From a virus: DNA of 61,596 nt. Below the pieces are notes generated by a model. It made no database searches. It saw nothing but the letters and a program-made list of their open reading frames with translations, and had not been told where the DNA came from. Positions 41,942-53,100 of this stretch are shown piece by piece. The first letter of the stretch is position 1, and every line of letters starts with the position of its first letter. Both the position numbers and the translations under genes were made by a program. Location of the stretch: IMG/VR virus record IMGVR_UViG_3300009111_000003. The stretch is one strand, 5' to 3'.

Positions 41942-44023
41942 CTAGACGAAGTTGATGTTCATTCCGTTTTCATTTTTCTGAATCAGCATATCGCCGATTG
42001 TGATATAGTCAGGGAGATTCACCTTAGTCTCGATGGTAGTCTCCGTCTGAAGAGTTGGCTTCTTGATGAAGGTGGCAGTGTCGGCAACCTCAACACGGAC
42101 ATCGTCTCCATAACGGAACTGGAGTGCCTGCGCCTTGAGTCGTGAGTTCGGACCACTGTAGGCACCAACGTCTTCTGGGTCGTACCCAGTCTGTAGATCG
42201 CCGATGTAGATGCCGAGTCCAGTGATTTTCACAGAGTTGGTCTGGTTGGTGAAGAACTTGTCTAGTTCCTGGTCAAAGAGGTTCATGTAGTCGTAGTATG
42301 CCTGAATGGTCGTGTTGATGCCGTCTAGAGTGGTCTGGTCAACCGTCGTGTCACCCTCTATAGGCTCCGAAAGAATTGAGAGGGCATAGAAGGCATCACG
42401 CGCTGACTCGTACTGAGTGCGCTGCGTCTCCACATCAGCATCTCCATAGTACGGATTGTCATGTAGCAGGTTGTCGTTGTTCTGTGCCTGTAGCACGCGC
42501 TTGTGGAGGGCAGCCTTCTCGTATTCAGTGATTGTCAGGTTCGCAAGGGGAACATAGAAGTCGAACACCGCTGACTGGTTGTATGAATCTGCGATCGCCT
42601 CTGCGACTGAGGAGAAGGAGATGTCCGTGGAACTGACAGTTCCGACTATCGTACCCGTAGCATCTCTAACGATAAGCCCGTTGAGGTCAAGGCGAACGCT
42701 GCTCTCCTCGGCTGACCCTTGCAGGTCTATCGCTCCACCCTCAGTGAGAAGGATGTTAGACTTCCTTAGTGTGAGTCCTGCACTTGTCAGGTCAAAGCGA
42801 GGATCTATCTCCGTGCCGACGTAGCCCTTGATTCCAGTGGAGTCGATAGTCACCTTGTCACTGGCAGTGGAGATATCTATCATGCCGCTCTCTATGTACA
42901 GCCCCCAGAAGTTCCCGTCATACGTTCCGAGGCATGCCTTGTGTCCTGCCGAGTCGTAGGCGGCTACCATTGGAACTCCGCCCACGTTGCCCATCTTCAG
43001 AACGGAGGTGCCTGCCACACCGTCGTTGGAGTAGAAGATAAACTTGCTGTTCTTGCAGACCATGCCCGAGGTGTCGATATACACGGCACCACTGCCGACT
43101 AGTTCTGCTATCTCTGCGTTCAGAACTCCTGGGTCAAGACCTGATACCTGCACGCCAGGAATCGCTGCGTAACTGGAAGACTCAGTCCATGACGTTGATA
43201 CGACATTGCCGTACCACACGCCCTTCACACGAATCTTGTACCAGTATCCCACAGTCGGTGGAGTCACCTGCCATGAGATAGCACGACCGCTGCCAGATGG
43301 ATACGAGTAGTCACTGCTCCATGCGTTCCACCCTGACGGTGAGCCACCACTGGAGTATGCGTTGGTGGACTGTGCCAACTGAACGATGTATCCCCAAAGC
43401 GCGGGATCGCTTACTGCGTCCCATGAACCAACAAGGATCGCACCTAGTTTGGCGGCGACAGTCACATTGGTAATCGATCCCGGAGGCGGTGTAGTCGTCA
43501 CCGCTATGCTGTTCTCTCCAGGGACACTCTCATTGAAGTCCAGATCTACGGCAATCACTCGAACGTACCACGTCTGCCCCGTAGCCAGTCCAGGAATATA
43601 CGACTCCTGTGGCATGTTCGGACGAACCTCTTCGGCTGGCGTGTAAGTTACATCATCTGGAGAGTACTCGACTCTACAGTGGTCTAGGTCTACGAGTTGA
43701 TTGTCATCTTCCTCAGTTGTCGGTGCCGTCCATGTGACGTGAAGGGTCGCCGTCTTCTCTATACCCTCTACGTCTGCCTGAATGGTGTACGACAAGCCAA
43801 TGGCAGTAGGAGGCGAAGGAGCAAGTTCCTTATCGGTATCCGGACCTTCGTAAATCAGGTCGGTGTCCGTAGGGAGCATGAACCCACTGTTCTCTTGAGA
43901 ACCCCCGTATACGAGGACACTGCCAGCGATCGGCGGTTCCATTTCTGAGAACATCATTACGGAGCCATCGCGAAACGTGATTCCTCCGGCAACGAGATCC
44001 TTGGATGCTTGCTCCTTCGCCAT
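41942..44023 (-). CDS. Tail fibre/spike protein with FN3-like domains (693 aa)
   Basis: FN3-like segments include LHVTWTAP...YVRVIAVD. Confidence 0.6.
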   Translation of the reverse strand: MAKEQASKDLVAGGITFRDGSVMMFSEMEPPIAGSVLVYGGSQENSGFMLPTDTDLIYEGPDTDKELAPSPPTAIGLSYTIQADVEGIEKTATLHVTWTAPTTEEDDNQLVDLDHCRVEYSPDDVTYTPAEEVRPNMPQESYIPGLATGQTWYVRVIAVDLDFNESVPGENSIAVTTTPPPGSITNVTVAAKLGAILVGSWDAVSDPALWGYIVQLAQSTNAYSSGGSPSGWNAWSSDYSYPSGSGRAISWQVTPPTVGYWYKIRVKGVWYGNVVSTSWTESSSYAAIPGVQVSGLDPGVLNAEIAELVGSGAVYIDTSGMVCKNSKFIFYSNDGVAGTSVLKMGNVGGVPMVAAYDSAGHKACLGTYDGNFWGLYIESGMIDISTASDKVTIDSTGIKGYVGTEIDPRFDLTSAGLTLRKSNILLTEGGAIDLQGSAEESSVRLDLNGLIVRDATGTIVGTVSSTDISFSSVAEAIADSYNQSAVFDFYVPLANLTITEYEKAALHKRVLQAQNNDNLLHDNPYYGDADVETQRTQYESARDAFYALSILSEPIEGDTTVDQTTLDGINTTIQAYYDYMNLFDQELDKFFTNQTNSVKITGLGIYIGDLQTGYDPEDVGAYSGPNSRLKAQALQFRYGDDVRVEVADTATFIKKPTLQTETTIETKVNLPDYITIGDMLIQKNENGMNINFV

Positions 44024-44029
44024 TTTGAC

Positions 44030-44260
44030 CTACCCAGAGATGAGGGTGCTGTCTTCGGCACCGATGTTGCGAACAACGAGTGACTTGACAATGGAGATTG
44101 CTGCGCCCACCGCTGCGAGAACTGCTGACGCAGCCGCAGGAGCAAGCCCCTCCCACGTCAGATCCCCGAGTGCAGCCATTGATGCAGCGAACGTGACGAT
44201 GAACACTTCGAGGAATGTCCACCCCGCTGCCTCAAGAGCCTTCTTCCAGAATGTACTCAT
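44030..44260 (-). CDS. Holin-like membrane protein (76 aa)
   Basis: ATG 44260 is preceded by a perfect aggagg. Two hydrophobic helices. It lies directly downstream of the amidase. Confidence 0.65.
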   Translation of the reverse strand: MSTFWKKALEAAGWTFLEVFIVTFAASMAALGDLTWEGLAPAAASAVLAAVGAAISIVKSLVVRNIGAEDSTLISG

Positions 44261-44268
44261 GCTGCCTC

Positions 44269-44913
44269 CTAACTCTTGACGAGATTGATGGTGGTGGCTG
44301 TCTGTGATGCGACCTTCCAGACTGCCGTCGGTGGAACTGTTGGTACGGGCGGTGGCGTTGTCGGGACAGGCGGTTTGGGAATCGGGAACGTCAAGCCAAG
44401 CAACTTGGCGAATCCCTTGGCAATCGCCTGAGCGAACTCTTCGACCGAGACACGCATCTCCTGAGCCTCCGTCGTGTTGTCGTGGAAGAGAAGTTCCACG
44501 ATCCCAGCGGGAGCCTTCGTGCGACTCAATGCGTAGTAACCAGTCGAGGTCTTGATACCACGGTCGGGCATGTTGCTCGCGGCAGCGCATGGAGGATAGA
44601 TGGCGTTCGCCATCTTCAGACCACTCGCGGAGCCAGTGTAGTACCAGTACTCCGTTCCATGCCCACCACCAGCATTCGTGTGGATCTCTAGATGCCAGTT
44701 CGCTCCCCAGTTGTTCGAGTCAGTGACATTGGCTCCTACGGAGATGTTGCCACCAACACGAACATCAGGGCGTGGGCTTGCCGTGAGGAGAATAGCCTGA
44801 GCGCGAACTGCTACTTTTCGCATCCATGTCTCTTCGCTGTCCGCAATCCCAGTCCCCCCACCCGCGTACTGATTGGCGTCCTGAGTCGAGGGACTCAAGT
44901 AGATCTTTGTCAT
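44269..44913 (-). CDS. Endolysin: N-acetylmuramoyl-L-alanine amidase (Amidase_3-type) with a Pro-rich tail
   Basis: Motifs IYLSPSTQ, HLEIHTNAGGGHG and ELLFHDN; C-terminal PKPPVPTTPPPVPTVPP. Confidence 0.85.
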   Translation of the reverse strand: MTKIYLSPSTQDANQYAGGGTGIADSEETWMRKVAVRAQAILLTASPRPDVRVGGNISVGANVTDSNNWGANWHLEIHTNAGGGHGTEYWYYTGSASGLKMANAIYPPCAAASNMPDRGIKTSTGYYALSRTKAPAGIVELLFHDNTTEAQEMRVSVEEFAQAIAKGFAKLLGLTFPIPKPPVPTTPPPVPTVPPTAVWKVASQTATTINLVKS

Positions 44914-45313
44914 CGATTACACCTCCCTTCCGTCTTTTCCTGATAATCTTCTGTTCCATCTTGTGAGCGTAGTGATAGTATCCGAGTAGTGAAGCCATTG
45001 CGATTGTAAGTACCGTCACCACTAACTCCGAGAACAGAAGATTTGTTCCGTCCAATGACTCTGGATGGTTCACCAGAACTATCATTCTGGCATTGGCTGT
45101 CGTCCATGACGACCATGACAGTCCAACAAACAAGAGGGCGATCGTTGACGTGAAGCCCTTGAGGGATCGACATCCACACCTGACTGGCTCACGAAGAAGA
45201 AGAGCCGCTGCCACAAGAAAGAACACCATGCGAACAATCCGCATGAAGACTACAGGATCGAGTCCACCGCTATCTCGTAGGAACACGAAGATATGTTGGT
45301 CGATAAGTTCCAT
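44765..45313 (-). CDS. Multi-pass membrane protein (holin candidate, 182 aa)
   Basis: ATG 45313 overlaps the upstream stop (TGATG). Three to four hydrophobic segments. The 3' end overlaps the amidase by about 149 nt in another frame. Confidence 0.5.
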   Translation of the reverse strand: MELIDQHIFVFLRDSGGLDPVVFMRIVRMVFFLVAAALLLREPVRCGCRSLKGFTSTIALLFVGLSWSSWTTANARMIVLVNHPESLDGTNLLFSELVVTVLTIAMASLLGYYHYAHKMEQKIIRKRRKGGVIDDKDLLESLDSGRQSVRGWGDWDCGQRRDMDAKSSSSRSGYSPHGKPTP

Positions 45314-45666
45314 CACTTTTCCTCTGTTGAGGAGAACTGGCGGCAAGTCTTCGCCTTCGCACAGAAGCCAGATCTCGTGAACCCCGCAATCAACTCATCG
45401 ACAGCCATGCCCATTGCTTCTTTCTGGACTGCCATCGTTTGCTTCAACTCTCGGATCTCAGCCTCCAGACGGTCGTGCTTGTCCTCTAACTGCTCGACGG
45501 TGTCCTTGTATCCTTCTGCAAGACTTCGATATGTCTCCACTGCACTGTTGAGCGCGTCCATCGTTCCCTTGTTCTTGACGAACAGGAAAACTGATACCGC
45601 CAGTGCGACGAATACAATGACGGGGATACCGCCAGTAAATATGCGAGTGATTGTGATTGCGTCCAT
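45313..45666 (-). CDS. Membrane-anchored coiled-coil protein (117 aa)
   Basis: ATG 45666. The TM segment IPVIVFVALAVSVFLFV is followed by heptad-like EQLEDKHDRLEAEIRELKQ. Confidence 0.5.
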   Translation of the reverse strand: MDAITITRIFTGGIPVIVFVALAVSVFLFVKNKGTMDALNSAVETYRSLAEGYKDTVEQLEDKHDRLEAEIRELKQTMAVQKEAMGMAVDELIAGFTRSGFCAKAKTCRQFSSTEEK

Positions 45667-45671
45667 ATCGC

Positions 45672-46190
45672 CTACACCGGAGGCTTCTTGTATGTCACCG
45701 ACAACCATCCTGTCTTGTCTGTTCCCGACGGTGCTGGCAAACTCCCTGCTGCCGCTGGCTTCACAATCATGTAGACGATGATACTGGAGTAGCCGACCGT
45801 GAATGGATGAGCGACGTGTATGACCGCGCTATCACCAGTCGTTGCCGTTTTGGTGCCCACATACCTTGCAAGCAATGTCGTGCCGTCATACACGGCTACA
45901 CCAAGCGTGCCGCCCCCTGTGGCAGTGATAGCAGCCCCCGCGCTTATCTCCAGGAAGTCTCCACTCAGGACTTCACCGACAGCCACGTTTCCGAGTCCAC
46001 CCGAGTCAACGGTGTTCCACGCACCGCCAGTCGACAGTGTGACCTGAGCGGTCTGCGTGCGAATCGTCTGTGAGGCAACCTTCTGTACCCCATCATAGAG
46101 ATACTGCAAGTTGTCCCGAACGTACTTGTTGAGGTCTGCATACGAGAGCACCTCTTGGAACGTCCATGTTTTCGGAGGCCACCAAGCCAT
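45672..46190 (-). CDS. Small tail fibre-associated protein (172 aa)
   Basis: The N-terminal block WTFQEVLSYADLNKYVRDNLQYL is common in phage fibre proteins. Confidence 0.55.
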   Translation of the reverse strand: MAWWPPKTWTFQEVLSYADLNKYVRDNLQYLYDGVQKVASQTIRTQTAQVTLSTGGAWNTVDSGGLGNVAVGEVLSGDFLEISAGAAITATGGGTLGVAVYDGTTLLARYVGTKTATTGDSAVIHVAHPFTVGYSSIIVYMIVKPAAAGSLPAPSGTDKTGWLSVTYKKPPV

Positions 46191-46199
46191 TGTTCTCTC

Positions 46200-49100
46200 C
46201 TAGTATGTCAGGACAGCGTCGCTGTCGAGTTGATTGCTGTCCAAGATGAACCAGTTCCCTTCGTCTGCAACCGCAAGGTCTACCTTCTGAGTATACCCTA
46301 CATCTGGGGAAAGAGTGTCCTCAATTTTCTCGATCCAGAAACTATTGAGGAGTCCCATCTGGGGGATGTCAACAAGAATCCTATCGCCAACCTCAAGCAG
46401 AGGATCGCCGACAATGTTGATATCCTCAAGTTTCTTTAGACCGATGTTGTATCGTCTTAGGACGTACATTCCCAAGTCGTATGCTGACGTGGAATCAACC
46501 AGATAGTCGAGGTTGATTTCTACTTCGTTTGCACCATACGTCGCAACCGATTCAGCGTCAGTGACTTCTATTACGCTGCTCTCTTCTGAGCGGAATCTCG
46601 CTGCTGTGTAGGTGCGTCCCCAGATACAGAAGTGATTGTTTCCATTCCCGTCCATCAGTACGATGTCTCGTGACGAGATGTTCCGAATGGAAACATGGAT
46701 GGACTTGCCGTATGGAACAAGGGTGATGATGATACTCGACTCAGCACCGCCCAATGAGCCGTCCACGCCATTCAGTTCGGTTACGGGTATGCCGTGGTCG
46801 TAGCCCGTCACGAACGCCGCCCTGTAGCGCGTAGCACCTGCGTCCAGACCACCAGATGCTACAGTATCAAGAGACTCGAGGACTCCGGGGATCGCTACAT
46901 CATACGTTGACGTTGAATTCGCCTTGATTATCCAGTGAGTATCAAGGCTCCACAGGTCATCTGCGATCTTCAAGTCCTGAGATTTGACCTGGACTCGAAT
47001 CACATTTCGAATGTCCGACACATCTTCCGCAATGATTGCAGACGATATGTCGTCGTCCGAGTTTACCGTTCTCACGATACCTGAGTTCGAAGGCAAAGAG
47101 AAGTGGTGCCTGTTGTAGAAACGGAGTTCTCCGTTTCCGTCCCACGCCAGACAGCCAAGTTCTGACTCTGCCACGGTTTTCAATTCTTCCCATACATTAG
47201 TCCCTTGGAAGGCTGCTGCGGTGATGGTGTTGAGTCCCTTTTCCAGTCTGTACTGACGACTGGGTATAGTAGTGGGAATCTGCCCAACGCCCACAAACAG
47301 ATTGTCATATCTGAGTCCTGGGAACGAGTTGCTGTACCGAGCGGTGTGTATCGTCCCGCTGAACGTACTCGCTATGCACACACCAGAGAGGGGTTGAAGA
47401 TCTGCGGCAACGAATGTCGTTGCAACCCATGAGCCAACCGTTGAAGAACTCCCGAACTTCACAGTCACCTTTGTCTGCAATACACTACCGACGTATCTGA
47501 ACCCGACCTCAACTCCAGCGAACGTTTCAGTAGCACTGTAGAGATACTCTGTTCCATTGAGGGTAATGGCAGTTCCAGTCTGCTGCGTCCACGAACCAGA
47601 GACATAGCGGTATATTCTGGCAGTTATGCCAGAGGAGTCTCGTCCGAGAACGATCTTCATGTTGTTCCCGAAGTTGACTTCCATCATCAAGAAGTTTGCT
47701 GCACCGAGTAGTTGCTGCTGTGCGGCATACGAACTGAACCACCCTCCAAAGGAGATCCAGTGTTCTGCCGTATCACCCGTCCCATCTGGAAATATGGTGA
47801 ATCTAGCAGCGGATGTTACTCCATCAATGCACTTGTTTGCAACGAATGGTCCGTAGTAGATTGGACCGATCGGGAGTTTGCTTGGAACAGTTCCGCCCCA
47901 AGACAGCACCGACTGGTAGACGATTGTTCGCCCTAGCCCAAAGGTTTCGTTGTTGTTGAAAGCGGAGTACCACATGTCGAATGTCTCGCCAGTGTCTACG
48001 TTCACGTCGGCAACGAAGGCTCCTGAGTGGACACCACCGTTATCCCATCCTGTAGTATTTCTTGCTACAAGGGAACGCTTTGACAACTGCCAACTCTCAC
48101 CAGTGGCAGACGACGCCTCAAACAGATCTGTTGATGCTCCGAGCCTACCCCTCGCACAAGTCGTCATACAGGCATTGAATCCATTTGTCGCTGCTGTCGC
48201 ATCTTTGATAACTGACAGTCTCCAGATATCCCGAGTACCTGCAAGTCCATCTAGACTACATGTGTTCGCGTCTGTGAGTGAGCCACCGACTGAGGAGCAG
48301 GTTGAGTGATAGAGCCTGTTCGGGTTCTGAGTCCTATTGACCCACCAGACGTGCAGGCTCCCGTCATTCCTCACAGCGAGTGCAGGTGAGCAATGGGTCT
48401 GGTATCCAGAGGATATCCATCTGGTCTTTGCAGACCATGTTGTACCATTGGTCGTGTACATGTAGTACCAGTACTCGGTCTTTCCTGCGACCTCACGCCA
48501 CACCACATAGATTCGGCTGTTGTGGTACACCATCGTAGGCTCGCACAGAAACGTACCAAGCCTCGGGTCTCCAGCCTCCATGTCGTGGTCTGTGCGATAC
48601 TTCTTGTTGTACTCGTCGTAGTAGCGCACATGAGTAGTGGAGGAGTAGGTTGGGCGTGTGGAAAGCGGATTGTTGAATACTGGAGAACTCCACGTCACCC
48701 CGTCATTGCTCACAAGAACGATTGGATCGCCCTTCTTGCTCTGCACGTCTACCTCTGGAATGAGGAATGTGAATCCGTTTGACTTCCAGAGATTCACTTC
48801 TGTTTCAGACAACGTGAGTTTCGGGTAGCCCTGCACGCAGAGCCAGTAATTGAATCCGCCGAACCCTGACGGGAAGTAGAGGACTGTCGGATTGATAACC
48901 GACCCACCACCGTACCCGCTCGGAGAGGGAACATACTGTCTGCTCCCTGCATTGTCAGCCGTCAGGATTCTTGTCGGGTCCACAAGCCCGTACACGTTGT
49001 ACGTTTCTCTGTCAGAGTAGTGGGTGATGGTGAATGGCTCGACCACCATTCTATGTGACCGAGTGTTCTCAGTCGACTCATACCTAAAGTTCTTGTGGTC

Positions 49101-49715
49101 GTAGTCATACCACCGATGGGGTTGCACAAGAGTTCTGTTCACACCATTGTCGTCCGTATCACTGACCTCACGGACAGCAGACGTTGTGGCAGAGTTCTCT
49201 TCGCAATCAAAGTCCAGTGCAAAGATGGTTTGGCTCGGCGGGAACATGCGAGCCGTCACGCCAACCAGTTCCAGGAGTTCTCTGATGTACACTCCGGAGT
49301 TGACATTGAAGTACGACGGCGACTTGACGTACTGGCGTGTGAGAGGAAGTGCATTGTCAAGAGCGACGACAACGACCTCACCGTTAGCATGCCTACGAGT
49401 TCTCTGTATCATGCCGCTAAAGAACTTCACATACTCGTTGTTGAAACCAACCTCTAGCGTGACTACGCTTCTGATTGGGTTGTCGCCAAGATGGACATCT
49501 GCAGGAACCAGCGTTATCTCAAGTTCGCTAGAGAGCGCAGATGAGAACGACGCTACCGCTTTCGCGTCTCCAGCAGTTCTGATTACACGCAGGGACTTCA
49601 CATACGAGGACATGTCGGTCAGCACACCGTTGACCTCGCACATGAATCTGAAACAAAGCCGCCTAGTAGGGGCGACTCGCTCAGCGTTGAAATCAGAACT
49701 CGGAGGCGTCCTCAT
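46200..49715 (-). CDS. Large tail/baseplate protein with BNR (Asp-box) repeats
   Basis: 1171 aa downstream of the tape measure. Asp-box-like motifs SNDGVTWS and TTNGTTWS. Confidence 0.65.
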   Translation of the reverse strand: MRTPPSSDFNAERVAPTRRLCFRFMCEVNGVLTDMSSYVKSLRVIRTAGDAKAVASFSSALSSELEITLVPADVHLGDNPIRSVVTLEVGFNNEYVKFFSGMIQRTRRHANGEVVVVALDNALPLTRQYVKSPSYFNVNSGVYIRELLELVGVTARMFPPSQTIFALDFDCEENSATTSAVREVSDTDDNGVNRTLVQPHRWYDYDHKNFRYESTENTRSHRMVVEPFTITHYSDRETYNVYGLVDPTRILTADNAGSRQYVPSPSGYGGGSVINPTVLYFPSGFGGFNYWLCVQGYPKLTLSETEVNLWKSNGFTFLIPEVDVQSKKGDPIVLVSNDGVTWSSPVFNNPLSTRPTYSSTTHVRYYDEYNKKYRTDHDMEAGDPRLGTFLCEPTMVYHNSRIYVVWREVAGKTEYWYYMYTTNGTTWSAKTRWISSGYQTHCSPALAVRNDGSLHVWWVNRTQNPNRLYHSTCSSVGGSLTDANTCSLDGLAGTRDIWRLSVIKDATAATNGFNACMTTCARGRLGASTDLFEASSATGESWQLSKRSLVARNTTGWDNGGVHSGAFVADVNVDTGETFDMWYSAFNNNETFGLGRTIVYQSVLSWGGTVPSKLPIGPIYYGPFVANKCIDGVTSAARFTIFPDGTGDTAEHWISFGGWFSSYAAQQQLLGAANFLMMEVNFGNNMKIVLGRDSSGITARIYRYVSGSWTQQTGTAITLNGTEYLYSATETFAGVEVGFRYVGSVLQTKVTVKFGSSSTVGSWVATTFVAADLQPLSGVCIASTFSGTIHTARYSNSFPGLRYDNLFVGVGQIPTTIPSRQYRLEKGLNTITAAAFQGTNVWEELKTVAESELGCLAWDGNGELRFYNRHHFSLPSNSGIVRTVNSDDDISSAIIAEDVSDIRNVIRVQVKSQDLKIADDLWSLDTHWIIKANSTSTYDVAIPGVLESLDTVASGGLDAGATRYRAAFVTGYDHGIPVTELNGVDGSLGGAESSIIITLVPYGKSIHVSIRNISSRDIVLMDGNGNNHFCIWGRTYTAARFRSEESSVIEVTDAESVATYGANEVEINLDYLVDSTSAYDLGMYVLRRYNIGLKKLEDINIVGDPLLEVGDRILVDIPQMGLLNSFWIEKIEDTLSPDVGYTQKVDLAVADEGNWFILDSNQLDSDAVLTY

Positions 49716-50128
49716 GCTGATTCGTCCAATTGGATCGAGGTCTTGATGTTGCCGACCGTGTCGTATTCCTTCGGTCCGTGGTTAGCCCTGACGACATAGC
49801 AGTCGTCGTTGTGCATGCGGAACAGGAGTGGGTCGCTCACGTTGTACGCCATCTCGATGATATCCCACTCAGCCTCGGTAAGCCCTTCCCATCCGAGATA
49901 GAAGTGGCGACGGTCTCCAAACACATCTTCACGAGCCTTGCCACCGAGGAGAATGTGCATGCCACCCTGTCGCACAGGGTCAATGCGAAACTCGGTGAGT
50001 TCCGGAAGCGTGAACAGTCGAACCACGTTACCGAGTTTGAAGACACCGAATACTCCAGTGCCAATCCCAAGACGTGAGGAAAGGGTTCCACGATTAGCCA
50101 TAACCCCCGTGAGGGTGTGGTTCGCCAT
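49712..50128 (-). CDS. Distal tail protein candidate (138 aa)
   Basis: Located immediately after the tape measure gene. Confidence 0.5.
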   Translation of the reverse strand: MANHTLTGVMANRGTLSSRLGIGTGVFGVFKLGNVVRLFTLPELTEFRIDPVRQGGMHILLGGKAREDVFGDRRHFYLGWEGLTEAEWDIIEMAYNVSDPLLFRMHNDDCYVVRANHGPKEYDTVGNIKTSIQLDESA

Positions 50129-53100
50129 TACCGAATCTCCCTCGACTGGTAGATGCTCACCTTACGGGACACTTGCTTTATCGCCTTCTCGTTGTTGGTG
50201 AGAAGATCGGCTACCTGCTGTGCGTCAAGGTCGAGTGTCAGCCCATCTGGTAGTGAGCCGAACTCTACCTTGTGTATCACCGTCTGGGTAACGGACATTC
50301 CGTAGCCCACGCTCATCGCGGGGGTCATGCTTGCCATTGGATCTGCAATACTCTGCACCATGTTCGCGCTTGCGTCCTTCACCTTTGCGGTCATGGCAGC
50401 GATTCCATTGATGAGTCCCTGACCGACGTTGCCACCAACCTCTGCCATGACTCTTGATGGAGAACTGATGCCCAGGAAATTCTTGATTGCGTTGAGCGCA
50501 TTTCGTGCAATGTTGCGTGCTTTGTCGTACAGGGCACCCGCCTTCTCACCGATACCGTTGATGATACCCTGAACGATGTCCTTGCCAGCAGACACGAACT
50601 GTGAGGCAAAGTTCTTGACGGTGTTGACAGCGGTCTGGATCTTCTCTTTCACCTTAGCGATTATCTCGCCCACCTTGTTTGCGAAGGCGGTGACAAGTTC
50701 GCCAGCCTTAGATACTGCACTGTTCTTGAGATCGACAACCTTGTTCACAAACTCCGTCACCATACTGGCGACCTTAGCCTTCACGTCACTGGCAAGTTTA
50801 GCGATCTTGTCGATGATACCCTGCACGAACGATGCCACAAGTGCCAGCACCTTTATCGGTAGTATCACGAACCAGTTGATTATCGCATTTATCATGTCGG
50901 GTATGATACTGTGCCCGACCAGAGTGTCCCAGAGTCCCGTGAAGAACCCTACGATGCCGTCCCACAGTCCCTTGAGGAATCCAGAGATAGCATTCCACAT
51001 GCCTGAGAAGATGCCCTTGATTCCCTCCCACATCTTCTTCACGCCGTCCCACATCTTCTGGATCGCCTTGTTGGTGATTTCATCATTCGCCGTAATGACA
51101 CCCCAAAGGAACTGGAAGAATCCGACAATGACTTGCACCAGTCCAGAGAAGAAGTTGATTACTCCGGTGATTGCCTGAATGACTCCACTGAGCGCACCCG
51201 CCACACCTGCAAGAAGTCCAGTCAGCAGACCGAGGGCTACAACCACCACGCCCACAATGATTCCACCGATAAGCATCAGAATCGGCTTTAGTTGCTCGAA
51301 CAGATTTACGACAGCCTCCCACAGAGGCTTGAATTGCGACTGTATCTGTTCGATGAGGGGCTTGAACACTCCAATGAGATTTTGTATAAACGGTGACGTG
51401 CTGGCGAATACCATCTTCACCTTGTCCCAGTATGTGTACAGGAACATGGCGACACCAGCGATAGCCGCTATGATTGCGAGGAATGGAGCGGCTGCTGCCA
51501 CTACACCCGCAAGAGCACTGCCGACTGAGGAGAGAGCACCTGATACCGCAGCGAGGACACCCTGACCACTAATCGTCGCGAAGGCACTGGAGATGGCACC
51601 ACCGAGATTCACGAACAGAGTCTGTATGCCAGTGATGATTCCAGCAAACCCTCCACTCGTTAGAGTAGAGACAGCAGTGGAGATAACCCCTCCAACTCTC
51701 GTGAATACAGTGAGAGCGAGATCTCCGAACTTACCGAGGAGCGGACTAAACTGCGAGAGGATGGTGAGGAACTTGCTACCAAGTCCGATGGCATATCCCC
51801 AGATGACTGGAATCATCTGTACCTTGCCGATGAACGTGGTTATGAATCCACCAGCAATTCCAAGACCAGACCACAGAGTTCCAAGAATGGTGACTACCCT
51901 ACCGACACCAGTCTGCATAGATGTAAAGGCTCCGGGAATCTTGGTGAGGATAGCCCAGAATGCACCGAGTGGACCGCTAAGGAGATTGAATATCATTAGT
52001 CCACCAAGAGCGACCACAACCGCCTTGATTACTCCCGTATGCTCCTTGAACCAAGTAATGACCTTACCGATTCCCTCTTCGACCGTACGAACGAAGTTGA
52101 CAATCTTTGCAGACATTTCGTACGGTGCATTACTCTGTGCCCAATCCTTCATCGCAGCAGTAGCATCCCGGAGCCACTCAGCGAATGTACGAACTCCCTC
52201 CGCTGCATTATTCACCTGCTCGGCATTTCCAGTGATAGCATTCCAGAGAGCCTTCGCGACAGGCCAGAGAGCAGTGAACGTGTCTTTGAGATTCACCCAA
52301 GCGTCGTTGAACGCCTGCATCGCTACTTCGTCTTCCTTGACCACCTTAGCGACGTTATAGAGGAATGCAGTGACAGGAACAAGTGCTGCTCCAAGAACTC
52401 CTATGGTGATAGCCAGTCCACCTATTACACCCCAAAGGAGTTCGAGGAGTCCAATGACTAGCATGATGCTACCCGTGACAATGGAGAATGCTGCGATACC
52501 AGCAATCACTATCAACATGGTTCTCGCAAGTTCCGGATTCACACGAACCCATTCAGCAAGAGCCTGAACGAGAGGAGTGACTTTGATAATCAAGTCTGAA
52601 ATCATCGGGAGTAGCAGGGCACCAAGCCTCTTGGCAACTTCCGCGAATCCATTCTTGAGAATTATCAACTGATTGGAAACGATCTCCATGGCAAAGGCAA
52701 ATCGTTCCTCTAGTGTGCCAGACGCCCCCTCAATCATCTTGCGAAGCATGCCAAGTTCTCCAGCAGCACCCTTCGTATAGTCCTGAGCCATTGCCATGAG
52801 AAGAGGGATGGCACGCAAGTTCGGGAAGAACTTGACCAACTCGTCTATATTCCACTGGACCTTCTCTCCCAATTGAGCGAGGAAAGGAATCAGACCTCCA
52901 GCGGCTTTCAATCCCGCTTCGCCCCATACGATACCAAGTTCCTTGTACTTCTTCTTCGCAAGGGCGGCAGGATTTATAATCTTCATCATGGTGTTCTTGA
53001 GGAATACGGAGGCTTGCGAGGCTGAGTAGCCACGCCTCGTGAGGAATGCCATCCATGTTGCAAGTTCCGAGAAACTCACAGATAGAGTGTTGCCGTATCC

